Of a stretch of 64,000 nt of DNA, positions 45,350 to 59,149 are shown one piece after another. Below the pieces are notes generated by a model. That model made no database searches, was not told the origin of the DNA, and saw nothing but the letters and a program-made list of their open reading frames with translations. The first letter of the stretch is position 1, and each line of letters opens with the position of its first letter. Source of the stretch: the human T2T-CHM13v2.0 reference genome, Homo sapiens. The position numbers and the translations under genes are program-made. The stretch lies in NCBI RefSeq assembly GCF_009914755.1, contig NC_060926.1. One strand, 5' to 3'.

Positions 45350-45389
<40 letters not shown>
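45350..45389. repeat. (AC)20 microsatellite
   Basis: Perfect dinucleotide run. Confidence 0.97.
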
Positions 45390-45394
<5 letters not shown>

Positions 45395-47122
45395 GAAGAA
45401 AGGGAATTTTCAAGTAGGAAATAGGTGGGGAGATAGGTAAGCTAGCCCTCAGCGCTTCTGTCCCCCAGCAGGGTGCACTCCCCCTGACCTTAGGCCTTCT
45501 AGGCCCACACAATCCTCATCTCAAGGAAGGATGGCCCATAGCTGCTACTCTCTGTGTGATCCCTCACCAGAAGAGAACGGACCATGAGATCCAGGAGAGA
45601 ATTTAAAAAATGCCTGACTCTGACCCTATGAGCTGGAATGGAAGAGGAAGGCGGGGCCGCCAGAGCAGCTGCAGCAATAAGAATTTGCTTTAGGTGCTTC
45701 GGTGGCGGGAGTGGAGGGGAGCAGTCGTTAGCCTCCCCTGGAGCTAAGCACTGGAGCAGGGGGCGTCCAAGTGCTGTTCTTGGTTTTGCCATTTTCATAT
45801 CTGGCAGGAGCTACTAATCCTTCATTACCGAAAATAACTTCTTTATCCAGGACCCAATCACTGTGAAACCTCATATTATCAGGATGCTGTTCCTTCAGTT
45901 TCTACAGTAACCTATTTTCCTAATGATGTCCCTGAGGCCCTGCAACGCCCTGGAACGCCTTCTGAATCATTGAGGAGTATGCGGTTGTGTTCAGTCTAGT
46001 TTCAATGTGAAGGGATTCTTACTGTGTTTTTCCAAAGCACGAAATAAATGGCAACTCATGGGAACTACTCAAATGCTCTAGAGAAACAAAAGACACCTGT
46101 CTATGGAATGACAGTATGGAGCAGTCATTTCAGCCACTCTGGACGTCCTGACATCCATCCTAATCTACATGTACCTGCATATGGTGAATCCATGTGTATC
46201 TACCTCAGCTCTGGTTCTATCTATGATGTTTTGTGTTTGTTATCTGGGGTTTGAGGACATGCATTTTTTGCTTATCCTGCTTTGCTTTTTGACGGCAAAC
46301 TCCTCAAGAGTGTGAAACATCCCTCATTGGTTCTCTGTCTTCCAAACATGCTTCTCTGCTGACGGTGGTCACCCAGGTACTAAGTCCATGGAGCTGCTAA
46401 GCTCACTACAGGGCCATCTCTAGTCAGAAAACTGCCAGTTCCCTCTAGACAAGTGTCATCTGCAGAAAAATAAACCTACCTCCCAAAAGTGATCAGTCCT
46501 TGGGTCTGCATTTCCCAAGTACTTTGGCTCTTTTTCCTGGAAGTCAGTCTGCCAGCAGATCTCCAAGGAGAGCTATCCACATCACAGTTTCTGCGTGCTG
46601 TCTTCACATACTGCCTTAATTACATTATTGCCTCCAGGGACAGGAGGTGGTGAACTGAATGGGGGAAACAGCAGGCAGGGCAGAGGCAATAAGGAAACCT
46701 TGGCAATGATATGATAGGGGGCACAGATGTGGCCTTGCATTCTTTCTATGAAATGACCTCTGTAACTCAAGAGGACAAGAACCTTATGTGTCCAGTTCCC
46801 CTTTATATTCTTAGCACTGAGGTGAGTGCTCAGTTTATGTTCAATAAATATCTGCTGAAGGAATGACACTTGGGCTTCCAAGCCAGTTCAGCCCTTCATG
46901 AACTCTCCGGGTCTTTTGCTTTTCCTCATCTCTAAACTGAGAGGGCTGCTGCTGTAGTTCATTTATACTGCTGTATTATATTCTACTGCATAGATCTCAG
47001 ACATATCATGTTGAGTGGGAAAGAAAAGTAAATATTAGATAATGACATGCAATATTAATTACCATCTTTCAAAGCTAAAAAAAAAAGCAAAAGTAAACAA
47101 TATGCTGTTCAGGGATACATAG

Positions 47123-47570
47123 TATATCAGTCAGCTATTGCCACAATAATGCTGCCTAACAAATGACTCCAAAACTCAGTGGCTGACAACATTCATGTAT
47201 TCTTACCCAGGTGTCTGTGGATTGGCTGGGAGTTGGTTAATCCAGGCTGGGCTCAGTTGCACTTAGTTCTAACTTCAGATTGGGTCCAGGTCTTCCCCAT
47301 AGGTCTCTCATCCTCCTTGGAGCAGCAGGTGACCTGAAGCATGTTTTTCTCATGGCAGAGGCAGAAATACAAGTGGGGAATGTGGAAACAGGTGATTCCT
47401 CTTAAGGCCTGGGCTCAGAATTTTCACCGTCACAGCCTGCAACATTCTACTGACCAAAGCAAATCTAACATCTTGGGCAGAGAAACGTATTTCACTTCCA
47501 ATGGAAGGAACTGCCAAATTATATGTCAAAGGAAGGATATTTAACTCAGAGCAATAATGCAATCTACCAT
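47123..47570 (-). mobile_element. MaLR LTR (MLT1G/H-like) nested in an old L1 3' fragment
   Basis: tcagtcagctattgccacaataatgctgcctaacaaa...aaactcagtggct ... gcaatctacca. Confidence 0.7.
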
Positions 47571-49821
47571 GCTAACATATTTGGCAAAACTATAAAAATC
47601 ATTGTGGGGGGTGGGGCTATAAACATAAAGTCCCGGACAGTGGTTATTTCTGTTGGGGAAGTAGGAGGGACATCAATTGTAATGGTCTGGTTCTAAGGTT
47701 GAGTGGTGGGTTCACAGGTTTTATTATTATGCTTTATAATTTGCATACATATTATCCTGCACATATCAAATGTTACATAATTAAAACAGTACATTTAAAT
47801 AAATAGGTAAAGGGTGTGATCCAACTATACGAGAGGTTCTTTTCAGTGGTAACATTATATGTTCTACAGTTCTAAGGTAAGCAGGAACTAGGAGCTCACC
47901 TCTGGAGATGGAAAGCTCCTGAACGTTCAGCAGGAATCCTGGCCACCCGGCACCCAGGCTCAGACAGAGGCCTTTCTTAGTGTGGGAAGGTGAGAAGATG
48001 TATTCCTTGCCTAGAGAGCTATGAGAAGTCTGTAGGAAACAATTCAATTCAGATGTGAGATAGCACAGAGAGCCCTTGTTTCAACTGCTGGCTGACTTGG
48101 CTGCATATCCCAGTGGATACTCTGGCCTTGGGAGAGTTAGGTTATCCTCTCAGTCTGTTTCCCTGTTCACGGAGGAGAGGTCGCTATGTCATATCTCGGA
48201 GGATGGCTATGAATCTTAGAATGAGGGAGTTTCTATTTGATTTCTGATGTTGAGCACACAGGCCGTGAGGCACAGTGTGTTGCAAAGTTGAATACCTGTG
48301 TCTGAATCTGACTGTGCTGCTGGTGAGATGGGGATGGGTCCTCAGGCAGTAAGTTAACTTTTCCAGTTCTCCGTTGCCTTCTGTAATGTAATGACATATG
48401 TTCTGTGGTTGAAATGAATGCTATGTGTTATGTAGCTGACACATAGAGGGGAGGGCTCCATAAATGTTAATCCCTTTCCCCTCCCACTTCCATCCTGTAC
48501 GCAGCTTCCTTCCATCGATGGCACAAAGATGGTGGGGGAAAGAGGTCGAGTTCATGACCAGGTGTCTTCAGGAGGAGAGACGGCATGGATGTTGAATCCA
48601 GGCTCCTTGGTTGAAAGGGTGTCTCAGGTGTGGGTACTGGGAGGGGGTTGGGCCTAGGGAAGGATTATGTTTTCCATTATTCAAACATCTCCAATTTCAG
48701 CCTCCAATTTGGGGAAGCAAAATAATTTTGGCCCCCCCAAGCAGTATCTGTCTCTGGAACTCATTATCTGCTTTGTTAAGTTCAGAGACATTCTGATAAG
48801 GGTAATTGAATTAGGCTTCTCAGGACTCCTACAAGCAGGCTGGCTGCCACAGTAGGGGGTCTTGCTGTCCAGGCTTCTTGACACGCAGGCTCTCCCTCCA
48901 CTGTTCTGCTTTGGAGTGGGCCCTCCTGGGGGTTGCAGTGCCTTGGGCTTGGCCTTTGAAGATCTTTGCATTGCAGGGAAGCCTCTCTACACTCCAGAGT
49001 CTCATCATGCTTCCCAGGGTCCTGCTTTAAATCTCTTCCCAGCCCACTTTGGAGGCCTCTGGAAGTGAGGGGGGCAAGAAGTCTTCCCTTGAGGTGGAGG
49101 AATTTCTGGAGGTCAAGGAAATGTCCACCCGGGGACAAAAGAGCAAGAGGTCAAGGTTCAAATGATGTTGACCTAAATTTTTCCCAATTCCAGAAGGTTT
49201 TTTTTGGTTGTTTTTTTTTCCCTCAGGGAAACTTGCTTCCACCCTTCTCACAGATTTGGCAGGGCTCTGACACCTGAAATGACAGAAGCCTGGTCATTTG
49301 GAGATATTATTATGACAGCAGCCACTCAAGTTTTCAAACATCTGCAATAAGAGTTACATGACCCCTGTCAGAATGTGTGCAGACCAGGCCTCTATTTCTC
49401 ACACCTTGGCCATGGTCTCTATACTCCCACCCATTCTTCCTCTTCTTGTGACCTGGCACTAAAAAACCTCATCAGGCCTGTTTGCCGCACACCTCTTAGG
49501 AGTTGTTTTTATTTCCTCCCATCGAACCAAGGCCTCATGGAAACTTAGCATAAAGGGAATAGTAACTATGCAGTGTGCCCTTCAAGGTCAGAGCAAGACC
49601 TTTCAGTTCCATGAATCTGTTAGTCCTGCCTCATTTCTCCAACCTCTGCCCACCAGGCAGCCCTACGTATCCATCCCCTGATGAGCCCACTGAGCTCCCA
49701 TCAGTATTATAAGCAAAAGTAATGTATTTCAGAGACCACTAGAACAGATCTGGGTTCAAACCCCAACTCTAGAATTTACTACCAGTGTGATGTTTGGTAA
49801 CCTGAGAGGATTAGCATTACG

Positions 49822-50648
<827 letters not shown>

Positions 50649-52604
50649 GCAGTAGTGTTTGAAAAGTACCTAACATATTGTAGACATTTAAAAAATGGCA
50701 GCTATTATGACTTCTCTTTGAACTTTTAAAGTCACATTTGGTTGCCCTATGACTGAATTGCCGTGCCACCAGGCTAGACTACAGTCTCCCTGAAGGTTGA
50801 CTTATCTAGGTATCCCCTATGAATGGAACAGAGTATGTGTTGGGTAAATGTTTCTTTAATGGTGGATGGATGGATGGCTTTTGGACCGCTCATCTCTTGG
50901 TTCATCTGTATTTACAAGCATGTGTGTATCTATCCATTATTGCATCTATGCATCCTATAAGCAGCGGAAACTTGACTTCTTTGTCAGCTGGAGCTGCCTC
51001 TCAACCCCTGTCCCATTCTAATGGATGGTGTTGACTCCTCTTCCTCTTTCTGTCTACCTCATGTTGCCTTGAAGAACCATCATCCTTTGGGCATCAGCTC
51101 TAGGATTATCTTTCATGCCTGTAGCTTGTTTTCTCAAAGTCTCTTCAAATTCTTGTAGGATAGAAGCAGGCCTAACTCGCCCATGAATTCCTGCATTTTC
51201 TGGTGTGGAATGTTGCTTACAGGGCTGACTGTGGACTAGGTGCTCAGTAAATACTTGCTACATGAATGACTTGATTTATGTTGTGGTTTTATGCAGAAAC
51301 CAATGTCAACATTTTGATAAACTTGTCTAGTGACTCATTAATTACAAAATATGCAGCAAGTGAGAAGCCAGTACAGCCTCATGGCTCAGTGAAGGAAAGA
51401 AGAGTCAGGACAACTTCAGCAGTCAGCGAGGGCTTCACTGAGGAGGGGGCCACAACTGGATGTTGAATGGTGGGCAGGATTCAGAGGAGCCAAAGGAAGG
51501 AGGCAGGCTTTCAGGACTGGGATGATAGGGCACAGCAAGAAAAATGGCCTGGAGGAAGAAATGGGCTGGGTGCATGAGGGCCCAGAGAAGCAAAGGGCTT
51601 ACTTGTATAGAGAGAGAATGAGATGGAATTCCAAGGAGTAACGTTGGCTAAGAAAATCCTAAGATCTTGAAAGCTAGGAGGAAGTACTTTAAAATGTGAA
51701 CATTAGCAGTTAACTGGAAGGTATACTACAGAGTTGGCTGCATAACGGTGGTTCCACCATATTGAATCACTTTACCTAGGGAAAGGGGACAAGGGGTGGA
51801 GGGAAAATTAAAATAATATGCCCAGTTACAGGAGAAGTCCAAATGAAAACATTTTGCTTGGGTTTAACTGGCCATAGGTCTGATGGTTTTCTATCCACCA
51901 CACAAGTAAATAGCTCAAGGGCAGGCTGCCCGCCAGCATAAGCCTTTGTGTGGAAAATACTGCCAGTGTGGCCATGGAAAATGCCCTCTTGCTGACCATA
52001 ATTATACAGAATGTGTGCAAATAAAAGCTGAAAGAAAACCCTTTTGCAGAAGCATGGTTTTTTCTGTTCTTATTTTGACAGAGTGGAAGAGAAATTCACA
52101 GACCATTTTCTCATTCTCCTAGTTGGGGCAGAATGAGCTCATGCTGCATGGCTGGGCTGGGGGTTGGGTTTCAGTGAGAGGCCTAAAAACTGGTTTCTCC
52201 ACAGAGGCCTACACTGATGGGTCTTTCAGTCCTGAGATGGCTTGGTGTGGGGATGAGGGTCATTGAGGAGAAGGCCGCAGAGGCCGTTTCTTTGTTTAGC
52301 TCTGATTAACCAGAAAGGTTTGATCTTCTTCAGCCAAAGGGAGATGGGAGAAGTTGGGGGTGTTTGAAGCATGTATCTACTTTTTAAGGTGAACTTCAGC
52401 AGAAGGTAATTCTTCTGAGTCCCCAACTCTTTCGTGTGGTTCCCATCAGAGACAATTTCTGACTCTGAATAAGCCCAGAGCATGACAAATGTCTCCTAGA
52501 GAGAGTCCTCTTTAAGCCACAGGATAACAGATTTTGTTCCTTCAAGTTTTACAACTGCCCTTCCAGAAAACTGCCCGTCCTCTTCTTCTCTTGGATATTT
52601 TTAG

Positions 52605-53246
<642 letters not shown>

Positions 53247-53521
53247 TAAAGGGCTCAACTAGCCTTGATCATTTGGAGGGGGGCAGGGTCTAATGGTCTG
53301 GTCAGCTCATGGTTTGGTTGCCCTTGTGTTGAGCACCCACCCAGAGCGCAGTTCATGGAGGGGTGGACAACATAAGGAGCAGAGGTTATGAGTTGGGGTG
53401 TGGACAAAGCAAGGACCACTTGCCATATCTATTACAATAATCATTCTGAACAGCACTGATAGGGAAGGCTGTGGTGAGACTACACACATTGTTTTGATCA
53501 GTTTAGCTAACATTTATTTCA

Positions 53522-53894
<373 letters not shown>

Positions 53895-54600
53895 CTAAGA
53901 CACACAGGTATATTTGTACCCAATAATACCCAAATAGCCTGGTAAATAATCTATACTTCTCACTTCAACTCTTTAGTGTCATGTTGGAGAAAAAACCTCA
54001 TATTCCATCAAAAACAAAGCAAACCTTATTCAACTGGCTGTTCGCATTTTTAAAATGTGTTTTGTGTTTTAAACATATCATCTATTCAAAGGAGATGAGA
54101 GGAATTATAATGTTCAGGTTAAAACCCCCATTTCTTTTTAAACTTAACTTCTTGGGAAGACAACCCTACTTTGTCATAAGCAATGCCTCAGGATATGTAA
54201 ATGCAACCGTGACCTGCCAACATGTATTTAGCATATTCTGGACTCTGTGACAGGTCCCCTTAGTTACAGCAGATGTTGTATTCAGGCATGGCAGAGGGAC
54301 ATGGCAAAGTTTGGGTATAGAATTTAGGATTACATTTTGCTACTAGTAACACATATCCAAATAGCACTAGATAAGACAAAGAAGTTCATTTTTCTCCCGA
54401 GTCAAAGTTTACAACAACCCATGGCTTTGCTGTGTTCATTCCAGCCTTGGGAACTCCAATTCTCAGGGGTGGTCCTCCTCCTCCTGTGGTCCAAGACAGA
54501 GCTCCACCTGTTGAAACAGCTCTGTTTCAAGCAGTAGGAAGGAGGAAGAGGGAAAGAAGTAGCACAGGGCATGTGCTAGCTTTGTCTTAAGGAAGGTCCT

Positions 54601-54877
54601 GGCCAAGCAGAACTTTGGGAGGCCGAGGAGAGAGGATAGCTTGGGGCCAGGAGTTTGAGGCCAGCCTGGGCAACATCATGAGACCCTGTGGCTACAAAAA
54701 ATAAAAAATTAGCTGGGCATGGTGGTGCATGCCTGTAGTCCCAGATACTCGGGAGGCTAAGGCGAGAAGATCACTTGAGCCTAGGAGTTTGAGGATGCAG
54801 TGAGCCATGTTTGTGCCACTGCACTGCAGCCTGGGTGACAGAGCAAGACCCTGTCTTAAACAAACAAAACTACAAAA
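54601..54877 (+). mobile_element. AluJ with 5' internal deletion
   Basis: cttgagcctaggagtttgagg J-type; TSD aaggtcct (54593-54600 / 54878-54885). Confidence 0.85.
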
Positions 54878-55013
54878 AAGGTCCTTAGACTGTGCTACAT
54901 GGACTTCTGCTTACACTCCATTGGTCAAAGCTTAGTCATATGCCACACCTAACTACAAGAGACAGAAATGTAGTCTTTATTCCAGAAAGCCACTTGCCCG
55001 ATAAAATAACTAT

Positions 55014-55387
55014 GCGTATGAATCAGGGTTCTCTAGAGAAACAGAATCAATAGTTTGTGCAAGTCTATGGAAAGAGACTTATTATATGGAACTGATTTAC
55101 ATGATTATGGAGGCAAGCAAGTCTAAAATCTGCAGGTGGGCTGGCAGGCTGGAGAATTCTCTCTTGCTCAGGGGAGGCAGGTCTTTTGGTTCTATTCAGG
55201 CCTTCAACTGATAGGATGAGGCCCACCCACATTATGGAAGGCAATCTGTTTTATTCAGATTCCGCTGATTTAAATGTTGTTCATCTCATCCAAAAACACC
55301 CTCACAGAAGCAGCCAGAATGACATTCGACCAAATATCAGAGCACCCCAAGGCCCAACCAAGTGACACACAAGATTAACCATCACAC
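55014..55387 (-). mobile_element. ERVL LTR (MLT2-like)
   Basis: tcagggttctctagagaaacagaa ... ggccttcaactgataggatgaggcccacccacattatgg ... attaaccatcaca. Confidence 0.85.
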
Positions 55388-55486
55388 ATACAAGAAAGGA
55401 ATTAACCTTTACATTATGGAAGAAGTGGAGCCGGATATTGGGGACAATAGCAGACTCTATCACTCTGGGAACCAGCAACCTCTTTT

Positions 55487-55780
55487 TTTCTTTTTTTTTT
55501 TGAGACAGAGTCTCCCTCTGTCACTCAGGCTGGAGTGCAGTGGTGCGGTCTCGGCTCACTGCAACCTCCACCTCCAGGTTCAAGCGGTTCTCCTGCCTCA
55601 GCCTCCTAAGTAGCTGGAATTACAGACGCCTGCCACCATGCCGGGCTAATTTTTGTATTTTTAGTAGAGACAGGGTTTCACCACATTGGTCAGGCTGGTC
55701 TCGAACTCCTGACCTCGTGATCCGCCGGCCTCAGCTTCCCAAAGTGCTGGGATTACAGGCATGTGCCACCACGCCCAGCA
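55487..55780 (-). mobile_element. AluSg-like
   Basis: cctgacctcgtgatcc; TSD agcaacctctttt. Confidence 0.88.
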
Positions 55781-55959
55781 AGCAACCTCTTTTATAAGCA
55801 AGAATGTAAAATATCTGAGGGCAATGATTGTCGCCATCATAATTGCAATTTTCATGATACTTTGCACAATAATGGTAACCAACAAATATTTGTTGTGTTA
55901 ATAAAGAACATATTCAGTGTGCAGAGATGATTAAAATGAGCTGGAACCACAGAGGGGAA

Positions 55960-56138
55960 CAAACTCAGCAAACTTTTTCTAAAGGCTCAGAAAGCACATA
56001 TTTTCAACTTTGTGGGCCATGTGGTCTCTGGCCCAGCTCTCCAACTCTGCACTTGTAGATGAAAGCAGCCACAAGATAATATGTAAATGGATGGATGTGG
56101 CCAGATTTGACCCAAGGGCAGCAGTGTGCCAAACCCTG
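55960..56138 (+). mobile_element. MER58A-like hAT DNA transposon
   Basis: tcagcaaactttttct...ctttgtgggccat...ggccagatttgaccc...tgccaaaccctg. Confidence 0.75.
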
Positions 56139-56382
56139 GACAAGACTATCAAACTGGGAAGGATCTAGCATCTCATTTTATAGGAAACCGGAGCAAATTG
56201 TCTTGCTCAAGGTTACACCTTGGTCAGTGGCAGCAGAACCAGGACTAGATCATAGGTCTCCTAACTCCTTGTTCAGTACTTAAGACTTATCACTCAAAAA
56301 TTAATTTTTGAGGGTTAACAATGTGTAATGGACAGCTCTTATTCCTCACTCAATTTCACAGACCTTGGAATAACAGATGTGA

Positions 56383-56408
56383 TGTGTGTGTGTGTGTGTG
56401 TGTGTGTG
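56383..56408. repeat. (TG)13 microsatellite
   Basis: Perfect dinucleotide run. Confidence 0.95.
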
Positions 56409-56778
56409 CACGCACGCTTGTGTATGTGTGTTAACAGCCATGGGGAAGGATCATTGTCCTGCCATGGGCCTGAGAGGGCACAGGTGTTTCATGACAACAT
56501 CACATCCACCTCCATGGATTCCTTGTCAGAGGAAACAGAGCATAGTATGCCGATCCCACACCTACCACCTCCTGAAGTCATTCATGCCTTAACGAGGGGC
56601 ATAGACTGAGACCTGGTCTTATCTGTCAGCTGTCAAACTGGACAGGATACCATATGAGAAGAGGATGCCAGGGCAGGTGCATGCTGGGAAAAAGAAAGCC
56701 GGGCCCACTTTCCAGAACCTGAGATGCTATCCATATAAAGCAACTTCTGCCACTGTGGCGGCCATCACTACTCTATGG

Positions 56779-57468
56779 CTGTGCTGTCCAATGTGGTAGT
56801 GTGTGTAGCTATTGGGTAGTTGAAATGTGGCTAGTGTGACTGAAGAAGTGAATTTCAAATGTATTTCATGTTAGTTCATTTAAATTTAAATGTAAAAACC
56901 TAATACTTGATGAAGTCATTAGAAAACTTTTAAGTCTGTGTGGAACAACTTGCATATGTGAATCTACTTTTTCAATGGGATATTTTATGAAATCTACATA
57001 TGGATCAAGTTTTTCTGATGCAAATTTAGCATATGAGTAGAGATTTTAAATACACAACAGGATCTCACAGTGTTAATGAAAAATAAACAAATTTAAAATA
57101 TCTCAATAGTTTTGTATTTTAATTACATGTTGAAATGATAGTTTGTGCCTCAGAAGAAGGAGAAAAAAAAAAAAAAAAAAACTGGCTGGGTGCAGTGGCT
57201 CATGCCTGTACTCCCAGCACTTTGGGAGGCCAAGGCAGGAGGATTATTTGAGCCCAGGAATTCAAGATGAGCCTGGGCAATATGGCAAGACTCTGTGTCT
57301 ATTTAAAAACAAAATTGTTAAAAAGGAAATGATACTTTGGATATTTTGTGTTAAATTATATTATTAAAATTAATTTCAACTTTTTAAAAAACTTTTTTGT
57401 GGTGTGGCTACTAGAAAATGTAAAATGACATAAGTAACTCGTGTTATATTACTAAGGGACAGTGCTCT
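56779..57468. mobile_element. Second Charlie1/MER33-like hAT element (opposite orientation to 5161-5642), split by an Alu monomer
   Basis: Termini ctgtgctgtccaat ... ggacagtgct; internal tggaacaacttgcatatgtgaatctact is the reverse complement counterpart of agtagatccacatacccaagttgttcca in the first copy. Confidence 0.8.
57184..57325 (+). mobile_element. Alu left monomer (FLAM_C/AluJ-like)
   Basis: ggctgggtgcagtggctcatgcc...ttgagcccagga...gcctgggcaa, then an A-rich tail. Confidence 0.85.
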
Positions 57469-59149
57469 CGTGGAGACACTAGCCTCTCATCCTTAGGAAT
57501 GACCTGGTTTGTTCCTTGGCCCGCAATTTCCCTCTTAGCACCTATAGCAAATTTTGTCTAAACCAGGACTCCACAATATCTCTGCCTGATCTCTAATTGT
57601 TTCATAAAATCACCCTTCTCTCCTTCCTTGTTGAAAGTGGAAGGAGGGAAGAGACGTCATCCTCAACAGAGTAGGGTCACACTAAGGAGGTAATTGGAAT
57701 GATTCTTGAGCTGGGGATCTGAAAACTGGGACTTTGCACCAATTTCATGGCAGTCATGAGACATGCCAGTTAGCACACACGACAGTTAACACATGAGAAA
57801 GCTGCTTTACCCCTCTAGATTTCAGATTCTCCATCTACCAAGTGAAAGTAAGATTTCTTGCCCTCTTCTTAGGGCTATTTTAAACATAAGAATTAATATC
57901 TGTGGAGAGCTTGAAAAAATGAAAGTGCTATTCTAATGTGAAATAATTTGCATTCACAAAGTGGAGGGATTCTGCTCTTTCCCACCCTCCTTCTCTCCTT
58001 CTATCCATTTAGCAAATGCTAAACTTCCTGTGGGCCAGGGCTGCACTTGGCTTCCCTGTGCATCACAGAGCATCTTCCTTACCTGGCCCCATCCTATCCT
58101 CTTCCTGCTAGGAGAATCCTGGTTGTCTAAATGGCTCACTCCTCACCTTCTGTAATCACCTCCCATTCGCAAACACAGCTTTGGGGCCAACAGTGGTTTA
58201 TCCGATTTCATCTTCATCATGAACCCTCCATGAATCTCTGAGGAAGAAATCAGCTCACACGCTGTGTTTCAGGCCCACCATTACTCTCTGCATGATGAAA
58301 TGTACACAGAGACTCTCAAAATTGGTGTTAAAAGCACATAAACCTCTCGGGTTGTTGAGATTCTTGCCCAAGTAGGGAGAATGTGTAATATCACTAAAAG
58401 CAGGTATGATGGATAAAAATGAATGATGGCCCCTTCTAAACGTAAACGGAGCTGCTCATCCTTCAGGGCTGTTTATAAATAGAGGGGAGTCCATTTGTTT
58501 GGGATCCCGAGGACAGGCCGGCACTCCATTTAGATAACGACCACATTTCGTGCCCAGCCGCCACTCTCTGGCTTGTAAGGTGGCGATTAATCAAACAGTG
58601 TTTTGGTTTCTCCCGATATACATCTAGTCCTTCTGGTTGAGAGTGAGCTGAAGATGGCTTCCACAGTTTACAGAACAGCTGGGGCCTGCACATTAGAAAG
58701 TGGCCAGGACGAGGGCCTATCAGGCTGGACATTCCAGTTGGAATTTTTGGTTGGGAGCAGCTGCATGGATGGGAATTCCAGAAGTTTAATCTAGTGTCAG
58801 CCTGGCCTTCTGGGACATCACTGACTTGTGCTCAGTCCGAGTGAGGGAATATCCCTTCTCATTAAGATGGAGACCTTGAGGTGAAGGAATACCAGAACTG
58901 GAATAATTGGAAGACATACCATTTTTCTGATAATGTCATTTGTCAGACATAGATCAAGGATAACAGAGTCTCTCCCCTGGCCTCCCTGCCTCCATCAGCA
59001 GGAGTAAAGAGGGGGTCCCAGTGTTCTGGGTGCTCATGCAACACACTCCCACCCCAACATGCCCAGGCTTATGACCACAGTCTGCCTTGCAGACCATCAA
59101 AGCTTATTTCATCAAGCCCCTTATTCTGCTTATGTCCATCACACCAAGA

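Larger units (their letters stand above)
54318..55463 (-). mobile_element. MLT1J-like LTR hosting nested AluJ and MLT2
   Basis: acttctgcttacactccattggtcaaagcttagtcatatgccacacctaact...gaaatgtagtcttt MLT1J-type motif; sequence continues across both insertions. Confidence 0.6.

Noticed and set aside
45690-45790. snRNA/snoRNA or miRNA gene
   Set aside because: Only short stems; no recognisable box motifs, family match or long hairpin.
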